A DNA stretch of 64,000 bases. It comes from an uncultured Pirellulales bacterium (lineage in GTDB: Bacteria; Planctomycetota; Phycisphaerae; Sedimentisphaerales; Anaerohalosphaeraceae). Shown here piece by piece: positions 37,640 through 46,341 of the stretch. How positions within the stretch are numbered: position 1 is the stretch's first letter; every line of letters begins with the position of its first letter. A program made the translations under genes and the position numbers. A model generated the notes under the pieces. It was given only the letters and a program-made list of their open reading frames with translations. It had not been told where the DNA came from and made no database searches. Location of the stretch: NCBI GenBank assembly GCA_964630775.1, contig CAZVYY010000014.1, forward strand, positions 14,333 through 78,332, in the 5' to 3' direction.

Positions 37640-38674
37640 TTACTTTAACATCTTCGCTGCTTCCGGAGCAAAATACGTAATAATAATATCCGCCCCCGCC
37701 CGCTTGATCGACAGCAGGCTTTCCATCATCGCTGCCTCATAATCCAGCAGACCGGCCTTGGCGGCGGCATGAATCATCATGTATTCCCCGGATACATTAT
37801 ACGCCGCAATCGGTACATCAAAATGATGCCGGGCCAGGGCGATGATATCCAGATACGGCAAGGCGGGCTTGACCATCACAATATCGGCCCCCTGCACAAT
37901 ATCCTCTTCCATCTGGCGAAGCCCCTGCCTGCCGCAGGCCGGGTCGATTTGGTGCGTCCGGCGGTCGCCGAAACTCGGCGTGCTCTGGGCGGCATCGCGG
38001 AACGGCCCGTAAAACGCCGAGGCAAACTTGGACGAATAGGACATGATCCCGCATTCGACATAGCCTTCGGTATCCAGCGTCTCCCGAATCAGCCCCACCC
38101 GGCCATCCATCATATCCGACGGCGCCACGATATCCGCCCCCGCCCGGGCGTGGGCCAGGGCCATCGACGCCAGCACCTCAATCGTGCTGTCGTTGTCGAT
38201 ATGGCCTTCATATTGCTGAACCGCCGGCGTCGCAAACGGCGACGGTTTGCGTTTGGGTTTCGCATCCGCCGCCATAATCAGCCCGCAGTGGCCGTGGTCG
38301 GTATAGGCACACAGGCAGACATCCGTAATCACCAGCAGTTGCGGACACTTGGCCTTGATTTTGGCAATCGCCTGGCAGACCGCCGAATCCATCGCCGAGG
38401 CCCGCGAGGCGACGGCGTCTTTTTTCTCTTTAGTCCCGAACAGCAGGATGGCGGGAATGCCCAACTCAGCCATCGCAGCCGCCTCTTTAGCCGCCAGGTC
38501 GGGCGAAAACCGATAGCAATTGGCCATCGCCTCAATCGGCTCCTTGACCTGCTTGCCCGGACAGACAAACATCGGATAAACCAGGTCATCGACCGACAGC
38601 CGAACCTCGCTGACCATCCGCCGCATCGTCGCATTCACCCGCAACCGCCGAAATCGTGTTTGTGGAAAGGACAT
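37640..38674 (-). CDS. hemB: Porphobilinogen synthase (delta-aminolevulinate dehydratase)
   Basis: RFRRLRVNATMRRMVSEVRLSVDDLVYPMFV, the Zn-type cysteines DVCLCAYTDHGHCG, the active-site region VAPSDMMDGRV, and YSSKFASAFYGPFRDA fit HemB. Confidence 0.95.
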   Translation of the reverse strand: MSFPQTRFRRLRVNATMRRMVSEVRLSVDDLVYPMFVCPGKQVKEPIEAMANCYRFSPDLAAKEAAAMAELGIPAILLFGTKEKKDAVASRASAMDSAVCQAIAKIKAKCPQLLVITDVCLCAYTDHGHCGLIMAADAKPKRKPSPFATPAVQQYEGHIDNDSTIEVLASMALAHARAGADIVAPSDMMDGRVGLIRETLDTEGYVECGIMSYSSKFASAFYGPFRDAAQSTPSFGDRRTHQIDPACGRQGLRQMEEDIVQGADIVMVKPALPYLDIIALARHHFDVPIAAYNVSGEYMMIHAAAKAGLLDYEAAMMESLLSIKRAGADIIITYFAPEAAKMLK

Positions 38675-38715
38675 TGTTATTCTCCGTACATTTTATAGAA
38701 TGGATTTTAGCCCAT

Positions 38716-39246
38716 TCAGTTATTCTTATACTTAAATTCCGAATTCCATGCCTCTCTTTTCTCATTTTCCATCTGTTGACATAATGTATCATAGTAATGG
38801 CCAGATGTAAAAACATAGATGATTTTATCGTCTTGCTGCTTCATGCTGACAGGAAGATTTTGTTCCGAGAATTCTCGATTCAGTTTTGAAGCCAAATACA
38901 GCGAATACATTGCTGCAATAAAACTGGGAAGCCCCAAATACCAGACATTTTGGATAAACAGATAAAAACCAAGGCTAAGACAGACAAGAAACAGCACTAT
39001 GGACAACCAAGCTTTTTTATTCGGGAAAAACAGGTTAAATTTACATCGAAAACAAAAAGGCACTGAAATCTTACTCGGACTGAAGATTTTGACTAATTCA
39101 AAAAAAGGTATAAATGTCGAGGCCACAGCAATTGCCATGTCTTGATTATCAAGATAATATCGCCCTCTTGTTTTTCGACCACATCGAATACAATAGGGTT
39201 CAAATGGTACTGGTTTTGGATTTTCTAAAAAAATTGGATCATTCAT
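38716..39246 (-). CDS. Hypothetical membrane protein with N-terminal CxxC...CxxC pairs, in an AT-rich island
   Basis: 176 aa. The cysteine pairs are CIRCGRKT...CFRCKF. Two TM helices are present (LSIVLFLVCLSLGFYLFI, and LGLPSFIAAMYSLYLA). The region is visibly more AT-rich than its neighbours. I recognise no family. Confidence 0.55.
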   Translation of the reverse strand: MNDPIFLENPKPVPFEPYCIRCGRKTRGRYYLDNQDMAIAVASTFIPFFELVKIFSPSKISVPFCFRCKFNLFFPNKKAWLSIVLFLVCLSLGFYLFIQNVWYLGLPSFIAAMYSLYLASKLNREFSEQNLPVSMKQQDDKIIYVFTSGHYYDTLCQQMENEKREAWNSEFKYKNN

Positions 39247-39547
39247 AATTTTTCAAAACTAAATACAACTTGTTTTCACCACTCCTTCGGACCTTGATTA
39301 ACCGCCTCAACACCAAGACCACAAATGATTTTCAGAACAATCTAATCCGCAATAAGCGATATCATCGGCTTTGTTTTCAAGCATTTTATACTCCCTAACT
39401 ATCCTTATGAATGGTTGTGATAACGCAATCACAAGCTGGGCTTCAAGTTTACATAAAGCCTGATTTTCGACTGAATTATACTATAAATCCCCCGCCTTGT
39501 TCCAGTTCTATCTTGAAATCCGGCTTGAAAACAGGGATAATCCCGAC

Positions 39548-39781
39548 ATGACACAACCCCAGCTATTGACACTACCCGACTCCGTCTTAGAGGATCTGGA
39601 CGGCCTGATTGCCCGCTATCCGGCCCTGGCCGAGGCGGCGGCCTACGGTATCGATATCTCCCTGCTGATCGACAACCTCCGCCGTCCCGTCGAAGAACGC
39701 ATCCGCCGGCACCAGCAGGCCCTCAACGCCATCCGGCAGCTTCGAAAAGCCAAACTAATCGACCCCAAACAGACGCCCTGA
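39548..39781 (+). CDS. Small hypothetical protein (77 aa)
   Basis: The ATG at 39548 lies within ORF 39497..39781. The sequence is helical and charged (LPDSVLEDLDGLIARYP...GIDISLLIDNLRRPVEERIRRHQQALNAIRQLRKA). I recognise no family with confidence. Confidence 0.5.
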   Translation: MTQPQLLTLPDSVLEDLDGLIARYPALAEAAAYGIDISLLIDNLRRPVEERIRRHQQALNAIRQLRKAKLIDPKQTP

Positions 39782-39803
39782 CCCGCTCGTTGCGGGTATA
39801 GGT

Positions 39804-40376
39804 TTAATGTGCAATCCTCCAATCCGTACGGTCGTTATTCACAGACACGACCTCGGCATTGGTAATCCGCCAGATGTCTCCGGCCTCTTTCTGAAATCCC
39901 ACCGTCATCTCGGCAAAAAACAGCCCGCCCGCCGCGGCATACGAGCTTTTAGGGTCCAGAAAAACCGCCATATTTAATTTCGCCTGGGCCGTCCCCTGAA
40001 AGATGTTGATGGTCAGTTCCTGAAACCGCACCTTGGAAATGGCCGCACTCCTGAAAATCCCGCCGATATCGTCCATAAAAACGGCCTTATTCGGATGAAG
40101 CACGTCTTTATATCGCTGTGAAATCAGCGGCTCGATGGTTCGTGCATCTCTGGCCACCGCCGCATCTCGGCACGTCAGGACAATCCCCCGTACCTGCTCG
40201 TAATCGGTCTTGACTAAATAATCCAGCCCGAAGCCCGCTGCGACAATCAGCACCCCCAGAATAATCGCCAAAAGACCGTTTTTCTCCGATACATTATTGC
40301 GAACCCATACGCCGATAATCAGTGTGACAATGCCCACAATCAACAGCAGCCACGGATCCTCAAATACATTCCACAT
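39804..40376 (-). CDS. Hypothetical membrane-anchored protein (two N-terminal TM helices + NTF2/SnoaL-like-looking domain)
   Basis: The TM helices are WLLLIVGIVTLIIGVWV and LLAIILGVLIVAAGFGL. A ~120-aa alpha+beta region follows. The fold guess is weak. Confidence 0.6.
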   Translation of the reverse strand: MWNVFEDPWLLLIVGIVTLIIGVWVRNNVSEKNGLLAIILGVLIVAAGFGLDYLVKTDYEQVRGIVLTCRDAAVARDARTIEPLISQRYKDVLHPNKAVFMDDIGGIFRSAAISKVRFQELTINIFQGTAQAKLNMAVFLDPKSSYAAAGGLFFAEMTVGFQKEAGDIWRITNAEVVSVNNDRTDWRIAH

Positions 40377-40389
40377 AAAACTCCTTCCT

Positions 40390-41154
40390 TTATTTAGATT
40401 GTTTTAGTCTCCTGGCTAAGCGTTCGTTGCCCGTCGGTTCCGTCAAATTGAGACGCAGCGAGGTCAGCGTAATGTACCCCGCCGCGATGGCCGTGGTATC
40501 GGTCCAGTTATTTTCATCATGGGTGTCGCGGTGGTTTCCCCCCGCCAGCCGATATACCGCCTGGTCTTCCTGTTCATCCACAACCTGATAGAATTCATCA
40601 AATCCGCAGGTCGATTGCGGCACGACTTTAATTCCGCAGGGTTTGCCTCTGGACAATCGGGGGATGTTGATGCTGACGACCTCCCGCGGCTGAATCGGCA
40701 AAATCTGCTTGATAACGTCGAGGGCCAAATCGGCGGCCTGTTCGCTGTCCCACGGCTCATCCATCGCCGCACTGACCGCAATGGCCGGCAGGTCATAAAA
40801 CGCCCCTTCGATGGCCCCCGCCACGGTGCCTGAATAAAACACGTTAATCCCCACATTGGCTCCATGATTCATCCCGGAAACAAGCAGGTCAATCGGTTTG
40901 TCCTTCGGGACCAGTTTATTAATCGCCACCTTGACGCAATCAGCCGGGGAACCATCCACGCTATAGCCGCTGAATTTGCCGACAATATCCAGCAACTGGC
41001 AGGTCAAATCCCGTAGCGAGATACTGTGGCCGGCGCCGGACTGAACATCGGCGGGAGCAACCACAGTCACTTTGCCCAGTGTGGCCAGCCGTTTATATAA
41101 CGCCGCCAGTCCCGGCGCGAAAATACCGTCATCATTGGTCAAAAGTATATGCAT
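40390..41154 (-). CDS. surE: 5'/3'-nucleotidase SurE
   Basis: MHILLTNDDGIFAPGLAAL...SGMNHGANVGINVFYSGTVAGAIEG is the SurE signature. The start was trimmed to MHILLTNDDG. Confidence 0.93.
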   Translation of the reverse strand: MHILLTNDDGIFAPGLAALYKRLATLGKVTVVAPADVQSGAGHSISLRDLTCQLLDIVGKFSGYSVDGSPADCVKVAINKLVPKDKPIDLLVSGMNHGANVGINVFYSGTVAGAIEGAFYDLPAIAVSAAMDEPWDSEQAADLALDVIKQILPIQPREVVSINIPRLSRGKPCGIKVVPQSTCGFDEFYQVVDEQEDQAVYRLAGGNHRDTHDENNWTDTTAIAAGYITLTSLRLNLTEPTGNERLARRLKQSK

Positions 41155-41285
41155 ATCAATCCCTTGGCAAAAGTTTTCCTCATGCGCCATACTCTACCGG
41201 CATAGCGGCATAAAGTCAATTGACCAATCCGGAGACATACAATATAATCCGCCCTATGATTTTCTGGCAGCCTTACAATACGACG

Positions 41286-41954
41286 ATGCATTCCATCCTG
41301 ACCCGTCAGCAGGTACGGGATTACGATGCCTGGGCCATCCGGCAGATGGCGATTCCCGGCGTGGCCCTGATGGAAAATGCCGGACGCAGTGCCGCTGAGA
41401 TTGCCCTGGCTATGCTGGGCAAAAACAGCCATTCCAAAGTGTGTATCTTCTGCGGGGCGGGGAATAATGGCGGTGATGGGTTTGTGATTGCCCGCCATCT
41501 GGCCAACAGCGGCGTTCGCGTGCAGATTATCTGCTGTGCCCCCCGTGAGAAAATCACCGGTGATGCCCTCATTAATCTAACAATTTGTGAAAAGATGAAT
41601 CTGCCGATGGCTTGGCTGGAACAGTCTGAAAAAACCATCTGTCCACAGCTTCATGGGTTATGCGATGGATGCAATCTGATTATCGATGCCATTTTCGGCA
41701 CAGGGCTTAAGGGGGAATTGTCCAGCTTTTTCGTCGCTCTGATTAGCTGCATCAACAGCCTGAAAGTCCCGATTCTTGCCGTTGATATTCCCTCCGGCCT
41801 CGATTGCGATAATGGAATTCCGCTTCCGGTGTGTATTGAAGCTGCTGCGACCGTCAGCTTTGTCGCCGCCAAGCCTGGCTTTTTTGAACAGGGCAAGAGC
41901 CTGCCTGTTCTGGGGGAATTGTATATCGCATCGATTGGGATTGTAAAACAATAA
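41286..41954 (+). CDS. nnrE: NAD(P)H-hydrate epimerase (YjeF N-terminal domain only)
   Basis: LMENAGRSAAE...VCIFCGAGNNGGDGFVIARHL...IIDAIFGTGL...AVDIPSGLDCDNG fits the family. There is no C-terminal dehydratase domain. The start is uncertain (ATG at 41256 or 41286; the ORF-track start is a TTG). Confidence 0.85.
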   Translation: MHSILTRQQVRDYDAWAIRQMAIPGVALMENAGRSAAEIALAMLGKNSHSKVCIFCGAGNNGGDGFVIARHLANSGVRVQIICCAPREKITGDALINLTICEKMNLPMAWLEQSEKTICPQLHGLCDGCNLIIDAIFGTGLKGELSSFFVALISCINSLKVPILAVDIPSGLDCDNGIPLPVCIEAAATVSFVAAKPGFFEQGKSLPVLGELYIASIGIVKQ

Positions 41955-41982
41955 CTATCAATAATACGACATTTTCTCGCTT

Positions 41983-43068
41983 TTAGGCGGGTGTCTTCTG
42001 CGGTGCAAAAACGCATACCCGGCCTTTGCCCGCCTGTTTGGCCGCATAGAGAGCCTGGTCCGTTGCTTTGGTCACATCGCCCGGCTGTGTATCCGGGTCA
42101 TATTGTCCCACGCCCACACTGATGGACAGCTTGATTCGCTGGTCTTCCCATATCATCGGATTGTTGCAGACCATCTGAACCATGCGTTCGGCAACGACCG
42201 TCGCATCCGCCAGCGAGGTGCTCGGCAGAATAATGGCAAATTCATCGCCGCCGTAACGGGCCGCAAGGTCGATCTGCCGAATACAGGCTAAAAGCCGACG
42301 GGCGATCTGCTTGATGGCCATATCCCCCGCCCGATGCCCATAATTATCATTAATCGGCTTGAGGTTGTCGATGTCGGCCATGATAATCGACAGCTTGCCG
42401 CCGTAACGCTGGGCCCGGCGAAGTTCCACCTCCATCGCCTCATAAAAGGTACGATGATTCAGCATTCCCGTCAGGCCGTCGGTCCGTGCCTGGCGCTGAG
42501 TCTTTTCGAATAAATGAATGTTGCCGATGGATGCGCCGACAAGCTGCCGGAACAACTCGACAATCGCAATGTCTTCCTGAGTGAAAATACCGCCGGTTTC
42601 TTTATCGCTGAGGTTGAGTACGCCGACCACGCGTCCATGACAAATCAGCGGGGCAATGACGCAACTCCTTGTCGAGTAATTCTTTGCAAAACTGCGGTGT
42701 ACATTTCCAACTCCCGCCGACTGAGCATCGTCCATATCATTGATAATCAGCAGCTCCTTGCTACGAACGGCCGCAACCATCGGAGAAGGCGGATTTTGGT
42801 TTAACGACACGACATTATTAATCAGGAATGGATGATTATGACGTTCCAGATGCAGTATATCGCTTGTCTCGTCAAGTATATACAGTGAGGCCAGTTTCGA
42901 GCTGATTAACTTCGGGATTTCGCTGACGCAGATTTCCGCTATCCGCTTGACATCCAGACAGTTGATCTTCTTGGCTAAGGGGGTAATGATATCCAGCCGA
43001 CAGGTGCTGCTCCCCGAACAGCCCAGTATCTGTTTGTCTGTTTCGCCCTGACTCATATCGTTTAACAA
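41983..43068 (-). CDS. GAF-domain diguanylate cyclase (GGDEF)
   Basis: The N-terminal GAF-like region contains VIAPLICHGRVVGVLNLSD. The GGDEF domain reads RTDGLTGMLNHRTF...IMADIDNLKPINDNYGHRAGD...RYGGDEFAIIL, with an intact GGDEF motif. An RxxD site (RQID) lies 5 residues upstream, in the I-site position. Confidence 0.92.
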   Translation of the reverse strand: MLNDMSQGETDKQILGCSGSSTCRLDIITPLAKKINCLDVKRIAEICVSEIPKLISSKLASLYILDETSDILHLERHNHPFLINNVVSLNQNPPSPMVAAVRSKELLIINDMDDAQSAGVGNVHRSFAKNYSTRSCVIAPLICHGRVVGVLNLSDKETGGIFTQEDIAIVELFRQLVGASIGNIHLFEKTQRQARTDGLTGMLNHRTFYEAMEVELRRAQRYGGKLSIIMADIDNLKPINDNYGHRAGDMAIKQIARRLLACIRQIDLAARYGGDEFAIILPSTSLADATVVAERMVQMVCNNPMIWEDQRIKLSISVGVGQYDPDTQPGDVTKATDQALYAAKQAGKGRVCVFAPQKTPA

Positions 43069-43398
43069 TCCTTTATATCGGACTCAGTTTTTGATTTAAA
43101 TTCAGATGTTCCCAGTATCGGTAATTATTTGGCCCCGGTTAACATGGAAGCCTGCAAGAACTCGGAACTTCTGAAAATATAGAAAATATTTTTCGAGATT
43201 AAAAATCGACAGAATCCGGATTCGATGAGAAATATTTCAGCAAAATTCTGATAACAATATGCGGGCTGAATTGATCTTTCTTTTTCCTATTATTTCTATA
43301 GGTTTTTTGATGTTTGCTCGTTCTTATGTCATATTATTGTGATTTTTTCCACAACAAAGCTTTTGAAAAAATATTCACATTTTTTTACCAATTTTTCT

Positions 43399-43454
43399 TG
43401 ACGCACCTGCGAATGTGTTTTACATTTTATAAAACGTCAAATATGATTTGACGG
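43399..43454 (+). promoter_or_regulatory. Candidate sigma70-type promoter plus palindromic operator upstream of the MerR-family gene
   Basis: TTGACG (43399-43404), 17 nt of spacer, then TACATT (43422-43427). Immediately downstream is the perfect inverted repeat CGTCAA-ATATGAT-TTGACG (43436-43454). This is a sequence match only. Confidence 0.35.
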
Positions 43455-43629
43455 GGTCGCAATCATTTTCGTTCCAGCACGTTTTATGGATGGATAAGGG
43501 CTGGATTTATTTGCGGCGTTAAGCAACAAGAACAGATGGGCATACTATCGATCGTAAGGTACTGTGTTTGCCCGGAGGGTAAGTCGTTTGGTTGTCTTGA
43601 ATATACGTCAACGGTGTGTTTCTGGCTCT

Positions 43630-43902
43630 ATGACTCAAAGCAGCAATCATGGTTTTATTACGCCCCCCAAGCTGTATCGTATTGGGGATATCGTTCGGAG
43701 TACCCCTTTTACTCGCCAGACAATCCATAACTATACGGTTATGGGACTTATTCAGGAAAGCGACTGGACCGAAGGCGGACATCGGTTGTATGACGAGTCC
43801 GTATTTGAACGTCTGTGGCGAATCCAGCAGTTGCGTGAAACCAAGACGTTGTCTGAAATTCGTGATATGTTTCAATCGGAGCAGGCCATAAAAGCCTCAT
43901 AA
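43630..43902 (+). CDS. MerR-family helix-turn-helix transcriptional regulator (short)
   Basis: YRIGDIVRSTPFTRQTIHNYTVMGLI...GGHRLYDESVFERLWRIQQLRE is a MerR-type wHTH. The start was trimmed to the ATG at 43630, because the ORF-track start is a GTG. Confidence 0.75.
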   Translation: MTQSSNHGFITPPKLYRIGDIVRSTPFTRQTIHNYTVMGLIQESDWTEGGHRLYDESVFERLWRIQQLRETKTLSEIRDMFQSEQAIKAS

Positions 43903-43934
43903 ACGGAGAACTCTTTTTTGCCAAGGATGGCTGT

Positions 43935-44363
43935 ATGAACCTTAATGTCTCCCCTGTTACGGACAATCTTACAGAGCTTTTAAATCGCATTATCGATTTT
44001 ACCGAACGACGGAAAGAGGTTTTGACACGAAATCTCTTTGATTATCGATCTGCGGGTTTTGAGCCAATGGATTTGCCGGTTCACGAGTTCGCCGACACCC
44101 TGACGCGGGGACTGGCCGAATATATTCGCAATAAACGGCTTGTTCTTGAAGACGGCCCCAACGTTCATTTTCATGACCAGGGCGAGTTTGAGGCCGCGGC
44201 AGTCGTGGATAACAAATCTCTGGAATTGCTGCGGAATGACACCCATGCTTATGTCCAGGAACAAATCCAGCGGTTATCGGAAAATCTGATCCATAATCGC
44301 CTTGCCGTGGAATTACTGCGGCAAAAGCGTAAAAAAGAAACGCAGTTTGCAAATCTGCAATGA
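43935..44363 (+). CDS. Hypothetical protein, possibly a divergent FlgB-like flagellar rod protein
   Basis: The segment RRKEVLTRNLFDYRSAGFEPMDL loosely follows the FlgB pattern (N-[IL]-x-[ND]-x-x-[ST]-x-G-[FY]-x-x-x-D). It sits directly upstream of flhG-fliA. The functional call is weak. Confidence 0.45.
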   Translation: MNLNVSPVTDNLTELLNRIIDFTERRKEVLTRNLFDYRSAGFEPMDLPVHEFADTLTRGLAEYIRNKRLVLEDGPNVHFHDQGEFEAAAVVDNKSLELLRNDTHAYVQEQIQRLSENLIHNRLAVELLRQKRKKETQFANLQ

Positions 44364-44566
44364 TGTTTATGGACTATCTATAACGATTAATCGTAAAAAA
44401 AGTCGTGTTTAAAACAAAAAACCCTGCTTTTAGGCGGGGATTTGGTTTGAAAAAATGCACAACTTGATTTATACAACGTGAGTTTTACAAGTAAATACGC
44501 ATCTGGAAGTCAAGATGGCCAGTGCGGGATGTGCAGCAGGAAATAACAACACGGTGGGAGCGGGCG

Positions 44567-45415
44567 ATGGACCCGGGCCGAATAAATTATTTGCGGCAGA
44601 TTGTTGAAACCCGTCCGGAACGGGCACAGACCCTCGCTGTAACCAGCGGCAAGGGAGGTGTCGGCAAGACGAATATTGCAGCCAATTTGGCGATTTGTCT
44701 TGCCCAGATTCGCAGGAGAGTCGTCCTGATGGACGCCGATTTGGGGCTTGGAAATCTTGACGTGGTTATGAATCTCAACAGCCGGTTCAATCTCAGTCAT
44801 GTTTTGAATGGTCGAAAAAGCCTTGAAGAAATCATTCAACCTGGGCCGGCGGGAATTGAGATCATTTGCGGCGGTTCCGGGATTGAAGATTTGGCCAATA
44901 TCCATCCATTTCAGCGACAACGACTTGTGGATGAAATGGACCAGCTTCAGCATCGGGCCGACTTGATTATGTTCGATACAGGGGCCGGAATTCATTCCAC
45001 CGTCATCGCCTTTTGTATGGCAGCAGACCATACGCTGGTGGTCACGACTCCGGAACCTTCAGCGATGACCGATGCGTATGCAATGATTAAGATTTTAAGC
45101 GGCAGAAAGTACCAGGGGCGAATCAGCCTTCTGGTCAATATGGCCGAAACCATTGCCGAAGGGCGTAAAACCTATCGGCAAATTTCAGAAGCGGCAGCGC
45201 GATTTCTGACCACTGCCGTTTATGACGCTGGCGTGTTATGCAGGGATGAATTAATAGCCAGCGCCATTCGTCGCCGGGAGCCGGTCGTTCTGGCTTACCC
45301 GCGTTCGAGTATTACAGAGCATTTTGCGGCAATCAGCGCCCGGTTAGGCAATGTCAGCCGCAGGAGTTCGGAAAAGGATGGATTTTTCCGAAAAGTCGTA
45401 AATTGGTTATTTTAA
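44567..45415 (+). CDS. flhG: MinD/ParA-family ATPase, FlhG (YlxH)-like
   Basis: The deviant Walker A is LAVTSGKGGVGKTNIAANLA. The switch regions are VVLMDADLGLGNLD and MFDTGAGI. It is immediately upstream of fliA. The start was trimmed to the ATG at 44567. Confidence 0.8.
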   Translation: MDPGRINYLRQIVETRPERAQTLAVTSGKGGVGKTNIAANLAICLAQIRRRVVLMDADLGLGNLDVVMNLNSRFNLSHVLNGRKSLEEIIQPGPAGIEIICGGSGIEDLANIHPFQRQRLVDEMDQLQHRADLIMFDTGAGIHSTVIAFCMAADHTLVVTTPEPSAMTDAYAMIKILSGRKYQGRISLLVNMAETIAEGRKTYRQISEAAARFLTTAVYDAGVLCRDELIASAIRRREPVVLAYPRSSITEHFAAISARLGNVSRRSSEKDGFFRKVVNWLF

Positions 45416-45418
45416 GGT

Positions 45419-45445
45419 TAATCCGCTTGTCAGTTTGGCCGAAAT
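45419..45445 (+). promoter_or_regulatory. Candidate sigma28 (FliA)-type promoter upstream of fliA
   Basis: TAAT, 15 nt of spacer, then GCCGAAAT, versus the TAAA-N15-GCCGATAA consensus. It lies ~115 nt upstream of the fliA ATG. Match only, with two mismatches. Confidence 0.3.
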
Positions 45446-45558
45446 GAACGTGTTGCGGTGTGTATTAATGCCGCAAATGTGCAGTTGAATGCCCACCGGT
45501 TATCGGACGCTGATAAGTGAAACAAAAACGCGAATTACAGACATGGAGGTCTTTAAAG

Positions 45559-46341
45559 ATGCGTGGGACCCGGTCACAGAATATAGAACAGGTTTGGCAG
45601 GATTTCTTCCGTTCACGAAGTGATGATGCCAGAAATACGCTCATGGAACATTATCTGTCGCTGGTCAAATACACAGCGGACAGGATTTGTGCCAAATTGC
45701 CGGACAAGGTTGAGTTGGATGACCTGGTCAGCGCAGGCATCTTTGGCCTCAAAGATGCCATTGAGGCATTTGACCCGGGGCGGGGGGTAAAATTTGAAAC
45801 CTACTGCACACCGCGTATTCGGGGCAGCATTCTCGACGAACTTCGCAATATGGACTGGGTACCTCGCCTTGTTCGGGCACGCTCCCACCGCCTTGAAAAA
45901 GCTCTGCAGACCCTGGAAGCCCAACTGGGCAGACTGCCTAATGAACGGGAATTAGCCCAGGAAATGGAAATGCCGATGGATGAATTCCATCGTTTGCAGC
46001 GGGATGCCAGCGCCATTGGACTGGTTTCACTGAATAATAAGTTCAATGAGAGCGAGGGCGAAAAAGATATCCGCGAAATCGACATTATTGAAGACCAGCG
46101 AAGCCAGAACCCGGTGATTGAGGCTCAGAAGCGGGACTTGAAGAATCTTTTGACCAAAGGACTGACCCGCGCCGAGAAGCTGATTATTATTCTGTATTAT
46201 TACGAAGAAATGACGATGAAGGAAATTGGTGCCACGCTGGATTTGTCGGAGTCGCGTGTGTCTCAGATGCATTCGTCGATTATTGCCCGGCTGAAAGCCC
46301 AGATGAACAGCCGGAAAAAAGAATTCGCGGTCTCAACCTAA
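45559..46341 (+). CDS. fliA: Flagellar sigma factor FliA/WhiG (sigma-28)
   Basis: The region 2 blocks are YLSLVKYTADRI and DLVSAGIFGLKDAIEAFDP..GVKFETYCTPRIRGSILDELR. Region 4 is LTRAEKLIIILYYYEEMTMKEIGATLDLSESRVSQMHS. GGAGG precedes the ATG at 45559. Confidence 0.9.
   Translation: MRGTRSQNIEQVWQDFFRSRSDDARNTLMEHYLSLVKYTADRICAKLPDKVELDDLVSAGIFGLKDAIEAFDPGRGVKFETYCTPRIRGSILDELRNMDWVPRLVRARSHRLEKALQTLEAQLGRLPNERELAQEMEMPMDEFHRLQRDASAIGLVSLNNKFNESEGEKDIREIDIIEDQRSQNPVIEAQKRDLKNLLTKGLTRAEKLIIILYYYEEMTMKEIGATLDLSESRVSQMHSSIIARLKAQMNSRKKEFAVST

Noticed and set aside
37297-37645. A/G-rich imperfect inverted repeat (AAGGTAAAGGGCAAAA versus its complement) bounding the hemB to radical-SAM spacer, considered as MITE terminal inverted repeats.
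   Set aside because: The sequence is low-complexity. The match is short, and one arm overlaps the hemB stop codon. I see no target-site duplication. It is mentioned in a finding but not called as a mobile element.
37512-37742. 76-aa ORF (MLETLDSRFRGNDNMQ...) in the hemB to radical-SAM spacer.
   Set aside because: Its N-terminus is simply the translation of the REP-like palindromic unit (the LDSRFRGND phantom peptide), and its 3' end runs antisense into hemB. It is not a gene.
41220-45559. ORF-track N-terminal extensions starting at TTG/GTG (41220, 43564, 44522, 45517). The same applies at 277, 3010, 11533, 21400, 30705, 37309, 41190, 51012 and 52772.
   Set aside because: The extensions lack conserved sequence. 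Downstream ATG or GTG codons give canonical family N-termini, often with a visible Shine-Dalgarno sequence or ATGA coupling, so I trimmed the starts. The exact starts remain unverified.
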